Of a DNA stretch of 64,000 bases, positions 48,881 to 58,546 are shown piece by piece. The notes beneath the pieces are model-generated. The model was given only the letters and a program-made list of their open reading frames with translations. It was not told the DNA's origin and did no database searches. The stretch covers positions 15,818-79,817 of the forward strand of contig CALREZ010000001.1 in the NCBI GenBank assembly GCA_943356445.1. Direction: 5' to 3'. Position 1 is the stretch's first letter. Every line of letters starts with the position of its first letter. This DNA is from Candidatus Nomurabacteria bacterium. Its GTDB lineage: Bacteria > Patescibacteriota > Minisyncoccia > Phycocordibacterales > CAIJYI01. The translations under genes were made by a program, and so were the position numbers.

Positions 48881-51154
48881 ATGAAAACAACAGAAAATTT
48901 TTTACGCAACGCGATTCTTACGGGAATCTTTGCGGTGCCGTTTTTGGCATTCCTTGTTACCGGCTCAATGTTTTTTCCTTTTATTACCGGGAAAAACTTT
49001 GGATTTAGAATTATCACCGAGGTGATATTCGCTTTGTGGATATTGCTCGCGTACGCGAATGTCTCGTATCGTCCGAAATTTTCATGGATTATGGCGACGG
49101 CCGCATCTTTTGTCGGAATCGTTTTTCTCGCGGATATTTTTGGCGCCAATCCCGCAAGAAGCATTTGGTCCAATTATGAACGAATGGAAGGCTTTGCGGC
49201 GCTCATCCACGTTTTTGCTTTTTTTGTCGTTGCCGGTTCCGTTTTGACCAGAGACCTTTGGACGAAATTTTTACAGACATCGGTTTTTGCCGCGACCATT
49301 ATGGCTCTCTACGGATGGATGCAGTATGCCGGAGGGGCGGCAATCAATCAGGGCGGCGGACGTCTCGACGGGCGTTTTGGCAATGCGGCCTATCTTGGAG
49401 GATATCTGCTTTTTAACGCTTTTCTGACCGCTTTTCTTATGACGCGAACCAAGAAATATAATTTCCTGTGGTGGATTTACGCGTGCGCCATCATTCTTCA
49501 GGTGATCATCATGTTCCTTACGGAAACTCGCGGTTCCATGCTCGGATTTTTTGTCGGCGTTACGCTTTCGTCCCTCATTTTTATTTTCTTGAGCAAAAAG
49601 AATCCGCTCCTGAAAAAAATTGCCATCGGGGTTGTCGGGTTCGTTGCCGTCTTTATCTTTTCGGTATTTCAATTCAAAGATTCAAGTTTTGTACAGAGTC
49701 ATTCCACCCTCTCTCGTTTTGCCACGATTTCTCTTTCCGGGTCAACGGTGGATTCTCGCTTCATGGTTTGGGGTATGGCGATAGACGGATTTAAAGAACG
49801 CCCGATCCTCGGCTGGGGACAGGATAACTTCAATGTGGTGTTCAATAAGTATTACAATCCCGGCATGTGGAATCAGGAGCAGTGGTTTGATCGCGCTCAC
49901 GACATCTTCTTGGATTGGCTGATTTCTGCCGGATTCTTGGGACTCTTCGCGTATCTTCTCCTTTTTGTTTTAGGCGTGTTGTTTGTTTGGGAGACGGGAA
50001 CAAAGTTCGGAGAAAAAGGTTTGTTGAAAAACATTTCGTTTGCTTGGAAAAAATATGTTTCCGGAGAAGAAGAGCATCATCTTCTTGAAAAGAGCATCTT
50101 GACCGGATTGTTTGCGGCTTACTTCGTCCATAACATTTTCGTCTTTGATAATTTGTTCAGTTATATTCTTTTCTTTTCCGTTCTCGCTTTTCTCCATTCT
50201 TCTCATGTAGAGGAACCGGTGATGGCGAAAAATTTTACAAAGAAATTTGTACCGGGAAATGACGTTCTTCCTTTGTCGTATATCGCCGGCCCGGTCTTGT
50301 TTGTTTTTGTCATTGTCATGTATATCGTCAACATCAAACCGATACTGGCGAGTCAGGCGATTATTGCCGGAATCCAGCCACATCAGGATGCTTCCGGAAA
50401 AGTGACTTTTACGAAAGAAAATTTTGACAGCTTCAAACAGGTTATTGCGTATGATACGTTCGGCAATTCCGAGGCAAGAGAACAGATCGTGCAGGCGGCC
50501 GTTCGGAACGCTTCGCCGGGCGTAGATAAGGATATGCAGAAGCAACTTTTTGAACTCGCCAAAGAACAGATTCTGGAGCAGATACGGGATGTCCCCGAAG
50601 ATGCTCGCATTGAAACTTTTGCCGGAACGCTTTTCTTGAGATACGGACAGCAGGATGAAGCGCTCGCTCATTTTGAAAGAGCTCATGAGCTTTCTCCGAA
50701 TAAACAGACGATTAGTCTGAGTCTTATTCTCTGTTATTTGAATGCCGGACGAGCCGATGACGCGATGGCTTTGGCGAAAGCGACCTATGAACTTGATACT
50801 GACTTTAAAGAGGCGGCAAAGATGTACGCGGTAACGGTCCTCTACAAAGGAGACCAAAAACTTGCCGATGATATTCTTATCAAAAACTTTGGGACAGCGG
50901 CGATATATGATGAAGACCTTATTACCACCTACGCTTTTATGAAGAAGTACGACAAAGTCCTCGAGATCCTCAATCAAAAACTTAAAGAGAAAGAAGACTC
51001 TCAGGTTCGCATTCGTCTCGCCGCTACATATCTTGAAATGGGCGATAACGCCGCGTCTATCGCCGAGATAGAAAAAGTGATGGCGGAAGACCCGAGCTTT
51101 AAACAGCAGGGAGAGTACTTTATTCAGGAAATTCGCGCCGGGAGGAAGCCGTAA
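48881..51154 (+). CDS. O-antigen ligase/O-oligosaccharyltransferase-like membrane protein with C-terminal TPRs
   Basis: FGNAAYLG, TETRGS, R..VW, RPILGWG, DRAHDIFLD (Wzy_C), helical TPR-like tail. Confidence 0.85.
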   Translation: MKTTENFLRNAILTGIFAVPFLAFLVTGSMFFPFITGKNFGFRIITEVIFALWILLAYANVSYRPKFSWIMATAASFVGIVFLADIFGANPARSIWSNYERMEGFAALIHVFAFFVVAGSVLTRDLWTKFLQTSVFAATIMALYGWMQYAGGAAINQGGGRLDGRFGNAAYLGGYLLFNAFLTAFLMTRTKKYNFLWWIYACAIILQVIIMFLTETRGSMLGFFVGVTLSSLIFIFLSKKNPLLKKIAIGVVGFVAVFIFSVFQFKDSSFVQSHSTLSRFATISLSGSTVDSRFMVWGMAIDGFKERPILGWGQDNFNVVFNKYYNPGMWNQEQWFDRAHDIFLDWLISAGFLGLFAYLLLFVLGVLFVWETGTKFGEKGLLKNISFAWKKYVSGEEEHHLLEKSILTGLFAAYFVHNIFVFDNLFSYILFFSVLAFLHSSHVEEPVMAKNFTKKFVPGNDVLPLSYIAGPVLFVFVIVMYIVNIKPILASQAIIAGIQPHQDASGKVTFTKENFDSFKQVIAYDTFGNSEAREQIVQAAVRNASPGVDKDMQKQLFELAKEQILEQIRDVPEDARIETFAGTLFLRYGQQDEALAHFERAHELSPNKQTISLSLILCYLNAGRADDAMALAKATYELDTDFKEAAKMYAVTVLYKGDQKLADDILIKNFGTAAIYDEDLITTYAFMKKYDKVLEILNQKLKEKEDSQVRIRLAATYLEMGDNAASIAEIEKVMAEDPSFKQQGEYFIQEIRAGRKP

Positions 51155-51210
51155 CGAACGCAGGAAAAAGCAACAAGGATAAAGAAAAAAGGGGATGGAA
51201 CGAGAAACGA

Positions 51211-51240
51211 TAAAAGTCCGGCGGAAACGCCGGACTTTTA
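51211..51240 (+). terminator. Terminator-like hairpin
   Basis: TAAAAGTCCGGCG-GAAA-CGCCGGACTTTTA, perfect 13-bp stem. Confidence 0.75.
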
Positions 51241-51330
51241 TATGCCTGTTTTTGGCGTTCTAAAATTTCCCTTTTTAAGAAATGGAAAAAACGGCTTAAT
51301 AGGGGCATATATTCGGATGTGCACAGGGTG

Positions 51331-51379
51331 TTGACACTGAAATGCTTTTGCGTATAATAGAGGTTACGCTCATTGAAAA
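51331..51379 (+). promoter_or_regulatory. rRNA promoter and boxA-like element
   Basis: TTGACA-N16-TATAAT (51331-51358) followed by GCTCATTGAAAA. Confidence 0.8.
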
Positions 51380-51559
51380 AGCGCCTTTATTTTGAAAGGC
51401 CACATACAAGTACAAATGCAACACAAATCGCAATTGATAAAAGTATCAGTTGCGCGTGCTAATAGAATTTTGCAAGAATTCGTTAGACGTAATTACGAGA
51501 ACAAAAGACCAAATAGCACAGCGATGCAAATTGGATTTTCTTTTGTTTCACTCTTGTCT

Positions 51560-53056
<1,497 letters not shown>

Positions 53057-53270
53057 TTATTGCGATCATCTTGTTTTCTTCGGAAAACAAAGATTGATTC
53101 GAAATGGCGATTGCTCAACCTAGTTGAGTAAGGCAATGGTTTTCTTGCCTTTAAATAAAAACCCCTTCAGCTTCTTTTGGTTAAAGAAGCAAACCCATAA
53201 AGAAAGAGTGAAACAAAAGAAAGTTAAATTTGCTTTCTGACTCTCGTATTTTGTGAAGCATTGCAAAATT

Positions 53271-53296
53271 AACCCGCATGATCTGCGGTTTTTTTT
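53271..53296 (+). terminator. Terminator of the 16S-only transcript
   Basis: CCGCA-TGATC-TGCGG followed by T8. Confidence 0.7.
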
Positions 53297-53361
53297 GTGC
53301 ATATGCAAAAGGTATCTCCTCACGCTATTTAAAAAATGGCTTGACTGTGTATTTTTTTTGT

Positions 53362-53579
53362 CGCCGGACGGGGTCTCCGACCGCTACTCGGTCAGTACAC
53401 CTTTTGGACTTTTTGTTTCGCTCACCGCTCACAAAAATTCTCAAAAGGTCTTGCGGAATGGGTCCCTGCCCATTCCTCACCCGTCCCGTCATTTGTGTAA
53501 CCATACAAACTTCTGTTTTTATACCAAACTTTATTGGGTAATTCAAACAAACAGACGGGGTCAGAGACCCGCGTCTGGC
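53362..53579. repeat. REPIN-like element copy 1, with nested ~98-bp insertion
   Basis: Terminal GGGTC-N3-GACC hairpins in inverted orientation; homologous to 54916-55038. Confidence 0.7.
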
Positions 53580-53637
53580 AAAGATTTGCTTTTGGTAAAC
53601 AAAAACAGTTTTTTTACATAATATCAGGAGAAGGAAG

Positions 53638-54036
53638 ATGAAAAAAGAAGATGTAAAGAAAATTAAGAAAACATTGGGATTCGCTTTGTTTATCCTCGGA
53701 CTGCTTAACGGGAGTTTAGAGACATTGGTGTTTATGGATAATGCTCTCGGCGCGGTGATATTCGTCGCTGGTTTCGGCACCTTAGGTGTTTGCGTCGGTG
53801 ATTATCTGGGAGGTCTTTATATTCAAAACGAATTAAAAGCGAAAGATAACGTGTTAGGTTTTATCTCATTATCTTTGGGAATGATTGTTGGTATTGCTGC
53901 TTGTCATTATTTAGCGCTTGGCGCGGTAATCGCCCTTTTGGGGATAGGCGTGTCTGTAAAAATACTTACTGATGCTCCATTGAAAGTTTCATTATCGGTC
54001 GTGAAGAAAGATCTAAAAGAACTCAGCGAAGGATAA
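53638..54036 (+). CDS. Hypothetical small membrane protein (about 4 TM)
   Basis: Hydrophobic Gly-rich ORF, AGGAG/AAGGA upstream, terminator at 54061-54087. Confidence 0.7.
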   Translation: MKKEDVKKIKKTLGFALFILGLLNGSLETLVFMDNALGAVIFVAGFGTLGVCVGDYLGGLYIQNELKAKDNVLGFISLSLGMIVGIAACHYLALGAVIALLGIGVSVKILTDAPLKVSLSVVKKDLKELSEG

Positions 54037-54129
54037 AGGAAAAAGGCGTTCTTTTTTATGGGACGGGGCCACAACCCCGTCCTTTTTATTTGCGTTGACG
54101 CGTTTTTGCTAAAAACATATAATAAAAGA

Positions 54130-54660
54130 ATGAAGAAACCTATTTCAAAAACAAGCAAATCTGACTCACAGAAAAAACTCGCACCGGAAGTTCGTGAGGC
54201 TCTTGATTCCTATCATTTGGAAATGCAAAAATATGTTGATACTTTACAAAAAAGGTCTGACGAGGATATAAAGCGATATATTGGTTCTTTGACAGAAGAG
54301 TATCAAGGAAGAACTTCCGCCGTCGCGGAACAATTTTCGGGGTTGAACGAAAAGATAGATACCATAAAAGAAACGCTTGATGAACACGGAAGAATACTCG
54401 AAATGCACACCGAGATGATCGGTACGCTTATGGAAGACGTTTCCGTTCTAAAAGAAGATGTTGCTGTCTTAAAAGATGACGTTTCCGTTCTAAAAGAAGA
54501 TGTTGCTGTCTTAAAAGATGACGTTTCCGTCTTAAAAGAAGATGTTGCTGTCTTAAAAGATGACGTTTCCGAAATCAAAGATGAACTCAAAAACAAAGCC
54601 GACAAAACCGAAGTTATCCATCTTTCTCGGAGAGTTTCTGTTCTTGAACGCAATGTTTAG
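54130..54660 (+). CDS. Coiled-coil protein with tandem heptads, probably leaderless
   Basis: TTGACG-N17-TATAAT ending at 54123, ATG at 54130; (EDVAVLK/DDVSVLK)n. Confidence 0.8.
   Translation: MKKPISKTSKSDSQKKLAPEVREALDSYHLEMQKYVDTLQKRSDEDIKRYIGSLTEEYQGRTSAVAEQFSGLNEKIDTIKETLDEHGRILEMHTEMIGTLMEDVSVLKEDVAVLKDDVSVLKEDVAVLKDDVSVLKEDVAVLKDDVSEIKDELKNKADKTEVIHLSRRVSVLERNV
54433..54570 (+). repeat. In-frame 21/42-bp tandem repeat
   Basis: GACGTTTCCGTTCTAAAAGAAGATGTTGCTGTCTTAAAAGAT about 3.3 copies, nearly identical. Confidence 0.92.
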
Positions 54661-54691
54661 ATAGTGTGTGTTCATATTGTCAAAAATTGTT

Positions 54692-54845
54692 AAAAAATAA
54701 GCCCCGTTTGTTTACGGGGCTTTAGTCTTTTGTTTGGATACTTCAGTTTTTAACGTGGGGATTATCCTTCCGCCACTTTATTCTTATTCTCTTTGAGTGC
54801 TCCTTTTATTAACGTGGGGAACACTCTTCCGCCACATCATTCTGG
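54692..54845 (-). ncRNA. Candidate small RNA with two tandem 41-nt H-type pseudoknots
   Basis: Minus-strand TTGACA-N16-TATTCT (54877-54850); units at 54835-54795 and 54776-54736; terminator AAGCCCCGT-N6-ACGGGGCTT then ATTTTTT. Confidence 0.6.
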
Positions 54846-54915
54846 AATAAGAATAGCAGTTTCGGAAAAAATGTCAAGTCAAGTGATAACCGGGGAAATG
54901 AGTTTATAAAGTTTC

Positions 54916-55038
54916 CGCCGGACGCGGGTCTCCGACCCTGTCCGCAACGTTTGTGTGACAAGACGAACTTTCTTTTTTTAAACAAACTTTATGGTGTCAT
55001 CCAAACATTCCAACGCGGTCGGAGACCCGCGTCGGGCG
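54916..55038. repeat. REPIN-like element copy 2
   Basis: Perfect 17-bp inverted repeat GACGCGGGTCTCCGACC (54921-54937) / GGTCGGAGACCCGCGTC (55017-55033). Confidence 0.75.
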
Positions 55039-55096
55039 ACGACGACGGACGACGGACGTCCGGCAAAAACGAGTGTGAGGAGATACTTTTTGTGCC

Positions 55097-55120
55097 GATC
55101 CCCGCATTCGCGAGGATGAC
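55097..55120. repeat. dRS3/RPE-like short palindrome
   Basis: GATCCCCGCATTCGCGAGGATGAC; related copy at 63185-63210. Confidence 0.6.
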
Positions 55121-55245
55121 GATTTGGGGGTATTTTAGTCCAAGGAAATGAGTTTTTGGATTCACAGATTTTTCTTTGACATTTTACATTAAATATGATA
55201 CTATAAAATAAGGTTTTGGAACTTTCAAAAAAGAAAGAGGGAAAT

Positions 55246-55467
55246 ATGCCGAGATACATATTGGAAGTTAATTACGAAGAACAGAAAGATCATCACGAGC
55301 GGTATACTTCATGTGAACGGTTGGAATTTGAACGCGATAGCGACAAATCCGCCTTAAGATACGCATTTAGTTCAGCAAGTATCAATGCGAGAGAAGAAGA
55401 CAAAAAGTTATTCAGAGTGGTTGAACCATATGGTTCAACCAAGAGAATCTATTCAGAAGAAGAATAA
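55246..55467 (+). CDS. Small hypothetical protein
   Basis: TTGACA-N17-TACTAT promoter, AGAGGG SD-like, terminator at 55477-55505. Confidence 0.7.
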   Translation: MPRYILEVNYEEQKDHHERYTSCERLEFERDSDKSALRYAFSSASINAREEDKKLFRVVEPYGSTKRIYSEEE

Positions 55468-55569
55468 GAAATTTACACCCGTCGGTTTATCCGGCGGGTT
55501 TTTTTGTTTTTGTTGTGTATGTTTGGTATAATAACTGAACAAAGATTAAACATTTATTATCTATTTTTT

Positions 55570-57354
55570 ATGAAAGAATCTTTTCCTCCAAAAATAAACG
55601 AAGAAAAAACAGAGGGAGAAAATAATTTCCAAGAGGCAAAAAACGGAGTGGAAGTTCCGAAAGGAGAAGAAAGGGAATATGCAAAATCCAAAGAGGAGAT
55701 GTGGGATATGGTTGGAAAGCTCAATGACGGAGACGGCTTCGTTTCTTATGATTTTACTCCCGAAATGATGGAGAAAAGAATGGATCTTAACGGCAGGGCC
55801 GTTGATCTCATCGGTAAATTTCAAAAAACCGGATATCAAAAAGGAGATTTTGAAAAAGCTCATCAACTCTACCATGAATTTTCTTCTTTTTATGAAGGGG
55901 TAAAAAGTCGCGGAAAAAAGCAGGTTGACGAACGAGCATACGAAGCGAGTCTCCAGAGACGATCGGAGATCGAGAATGCTTTGAAAAAACCGACATCAAA
56001 TGAACCCGAGCCTTCTGTTCGTCAGAGCGATACATCGGTTGAAGAAATAACAAAAGAACTGGAAAAATTCAAAGCTGAAGGCGGGCTCAATTTATATTAC
56101 ACGAGCAAAGAAGATCTTGTCAGCGATCTTATTTCTTCCCGTCATCTTGCCGAGAATCCGGAACAGGAAAAAATAATGACAAAGTTTTTTGAAGCAAGGG
56201 TTTCTCTGCATCAGGAAAAACTTTGGTATAAAGATTTTCGTTCCCATCATCCTTTTTTCGCGCCGTTCATGAAAGTGGTCAATATGCTGGCGCTTTCTCC
56301 TGAAATTTTGTCGGGTGCTTATAATGGTCGTAAATTGCGACAGATGGCTAAAGAGGGAAAGCTTACAGAACAACAAGTTGAAAAGATAAATACGGCGCTT
56401 CAAGAAATAAAAAATGAGGAGGTGGAAAAGCCTTCTTTGGAAAAACAAGGCGGAGGATCTAAAAAACAGTCTGAAAATATCGCTCAAGAGGAAACATCTG
56501 AAATGGAAAAAGGAGGTCTCGAATCATTCTCTTCCAGTATCGGGGAAAGCGATCCGAAGGATCCGAATCGCATAAACGAAGATCAGGTTTTGGAAAGAAA
56601 AGATAAGGGTGTGTATGCCGTATTTGACGGTGTTGGAGGGCAAGAACAGGGAGACGTTGCTTCATATGTTGCAAAGCATGCCTTATCAAAAGAATGCGAT
56701 ACTATGCCTGAAAACATGTCGATTCAGGAAACGCAAGATTTTGTCCAGAGAGTCATAAAAAAGATCAGTGATAATATTTTTGAAAATAATCGGCTTGCCA
56801 CAGAGCGCGGAAAATTAAGTAATATGGCCAGCACTATGACCCTTGCTGTTGTCTGGAATGGTAATAATGGAGAGAAAAAACTTATTGTCGGAAATATCGG
56901 AGATAGTCGAGCTTATCTTCAAAAACAAGGGAAACTTGAACAACTTACCATGGATGATAACTATCTTCGGAAACATGCGGGAGATGATACTCGCGCTCGG
57001 AGTCTTCAGCTCATCCTTAACAACATCAACAGCGAAGAGGAGATCAATCTGCTTGAGGGGGTTAATGAAAAAGATAAATTTTTGTTACTGGAAAGTTTTA
57101 GAAATAGAAATATCATTATGAAGTGTCTTGGTCTAGAAAATCAAAATCCGGAAGTAACTGTCCATGATTTTCCGGCCGGCTCTGAGCTATTGCTTGCGAC
57201 GGATGGTTTGACGGATAACCTTACTGATAAAGAAATAGAGCAAAATTTTGGAAAGAACCTTGCGGTTGCGGCGCTTAAAAGAAGCAATGAGGGGCATGGC
57301 AGAGCAAAACAGGATGATATTAGTTTTGTTACCGTGAAAAACTCATCCAGATAA
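55570..57354 (+). CDS. PP2C/PPM Ser/Thr phosphatase with long charged N-terminal region
   Basis: NED, VFDGVGG, GNIGDSRAY, LLATDGLTD, DDIS; ATG at 55570. Confidence 0.88.
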   Translation: MKESFPPKINEEKTEGENNFQEAKNGVEVPKGEEREYAKSKEEMWDMVGKLNDGDGFVSYDFTPEMMEKRMDLNGRAVDLIGKFQKTGYQKGDFEKAHQLYHEFSSFYEGVKSRGKKQVDERAYEASLQRRSEIENALKKPTSNEPEPSVRQSDTSVEEITKELEKFKAEGGLNLYYTSKEDLVSDLISSRHLAENPEQEKIMTKFFEARVSLHQEKLWYKDFRSHHPFFAPFMKVVNMLALSPEILSGAYNGRKLRQMAKEGKLTEQQVEKINTALQEIKNEEVEKPSLEKQGGGSKKQSENIAQEETSEMEKGGLESFSSSIGESDPKDPNRINEDQVLERKDKGVYAVFDGVGGQEQGDVASYVAKHALSKECDTMPENMSIQETQDFVQRVIKKISDNIFENNRLATERGKLSNMASTMTLAVVWNGNNGEKKLIVGNIGDSRAYLQKQGKLEQLTMDDNYLRKHAGDDTRARSLQLILNNINSEEEINLLEGVNEKDKFLLLESFRNRNIIMKCLGLENQNPEVTVHDFPAGSELLLATDGLTDNLTDKEIEQNFGKNLAVAALKRSNEGHGRAKQDDISFVTVKNSSR

Positions 57355-57377
57355 AGAAATTCTTTTTTTAATTTTCA

Positions 57378-58265
57378 ATGGAAAACATACCAAAAGAGAA
57401 CCTCTCTCCTAAAACAGATGTTTCTTTTCCTTTTGCAAACTTGGAAAGATCTAAAGACGTGTTCGGTCCGAGTGCCGTTTTTTATGATGTTCCCGGTCAT
57501 CCGGAATTGATTGTAAGGAAGTGTTTTGTTTCAAAGGAAGTGATGGAGAACATAAATGAGGAACTGGAGGAAAAGGATGAATATAAAGATTTTACGGAGG
57601 AAGAATTGGAAGAGATCAGAAATAAGAAAAAAGTGGAACAGCTTATTAAGAATGCCGGGGATTTTCAAAAAACAGGAAAACGTTACGGACTGCGAATGGC
57701 GGAAACGAGCTATGTGGTCGGTACGGATCCTGATTCCGGAAAACCTGAAATTTTTGGGGTAACGGACCGCATCATTGGAGAAAATCTGAAGACTATGCGC
57801 GGTATTTCAAAAAAAATGGAGGGTGAAATTGATGAGGTATTCAGCGGTATTATTTTTCATTTGAGAGATTCATATTTGGGGAATGGTGTTTTTTGGAGAG
57901 ACTTTAGAGACGATCAGATTTTATACGGAGCCAAATACAGGGAAACAGAACAGCATCCCTATCTTATTGATGTTGATCCTTTGATGGTTTCGTGGGTTGA
58001 TCCTAAAATATGCAAAACGGAAAACGAGAGAGAAGACCTTTTCTGGACAAAAATCGGCCTTATTCTTGCGATTGAGGTGGAGAGGGTTGAAGAGAAAATT
58101 CAGTCAGGACGTCTTGTAAAAACAAGAGAAGCTTTGAACGATGTTATAAAAACCGTACCGGAACCGAAGAGCGTAAGGGCGAAAAATTGGTATGATAGCT
58201 TGGTTGATGATTTGCGGGGTAACTCCATAAATGATTTTCCCAATATCGGTTTCAGATTTTCATAA
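57378..58265 (+). CDS. Atypical protein-kinase-like fold protein
   Basis: IVRK (beta3 Lys), TDRIIGENL (hinge-like), WRDFRDDQIL (HRD-like), YLIDVD (DFG-like). Confidence 0.55.
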   Translation: MENIPKENLSPKTDVSFPFANLERSKDVFGPSAVFYDVPGHPELIVRKCFVSKEVMENINEELEEKDEYKDFTEEELEEIRNKKKVEQLIKNAGDFQKTGKRYGLRMAETSYVVGTDPDSGKPEIFGVTDRIIGENLKTMRGISKKMEGEIDEVFSGIIFHLRDSYLGNGVFWRDFRDDQILYGAKYRETEQHPYLIDVDPLMVSWVDPKICKTENEREDLFWTKIGLILAIEVERVEEKIQSGRLVKTREALNDVIKTVPEPKSVRAKNWYDSLVDDLRGNSINDFPNIGFRFS

Positions 58266-58346
58266 AGAAGGTCTTTGATGAGGAAATTTTTAAAGTCGAG
58301 TAAATGATTGCAGTTTTTCATTTTTTTTGGTATATATAGAGTACTT

Positions 58347-58418
58347 GCGCGCATAGTTCAGGGGTAGAACGCTGTCCTGATAAGACAGAGGTCCTTGGTT
58401 CGATTCCAAGTGCGCGCA
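58347..58418 (+). tRNA. tRNA-Ile(GAT)
   Basis: Acceptor GCGCGCA/TGCGCGC, D-stem GTTC/GAAC, anticodon arm CTGTC-CTGATAA-GACAG, T-arm CTTGG-TTCGATT-CCAAG; CCA not encoded. Confidence 0.96.
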
Positions 58419-58469
58419 CAAACGACGGTAGCGTTAAAGTCTCTTTTATTTTGTCACTCTCTCGTAATT

Positions 58470-58540
58470 ATAAGACAGAGGTCCTTGGTTCCTTGCCCTG
58501 CCGTAGCGAAGCGGAGGAGGGGATTCCAAGTGTGCGCACA
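58470..58540 (+). pseudogene. Duplicated 3' half of tRNA-Ile interrupted by a 30-nt insertion in the T-loop
   Basis: 58470-58491 identical to 58380-58401; 58522-58540 matches 58402-58420 with one mismatch. Confidence 0.85.
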
Positions 58541-58546
58541 GGGAAT

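Noticed and set aside
45060-50977. Long antisense ORFs (45060-46085, 49970-50977) and similar shadows elsewhere
   Set aside because: They lie opposite well-supported genes and show no recognisable motifs.
54751-54835. Mini-CRISPR reading of the two 26-bp direct repeats (59-bp period)
   Set aside because: Only two copies, differing internally; no cas genes; the variable part pairs with the would-be spacer, which fits an RNA pseudoknot better.
54736-54838. Pistol ribozyme or guanidine-III riboswitch identity for the pseudoknot units
   Set aside because: The GUGG/CCACGUUAA stretch recalls a pistol P1, but the further stems are missing. Guanidine-III conserved nucleotides are not evident and no regulated gene follows.
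55034-55062. Short GACG/GAC tandem run after REPIN copy 2
   Set aside because: Too short and irregular to call a functional repeat; probably slippage at the element edge.
53253-55151. Similar peptides in ORFs 53253-53621 and 54951-55151 (TNF...KLY.VIQT..RG.RPASG)
   Set aside because: A by-product of the repeated DNA element; no consistent start, length or reading frame context.
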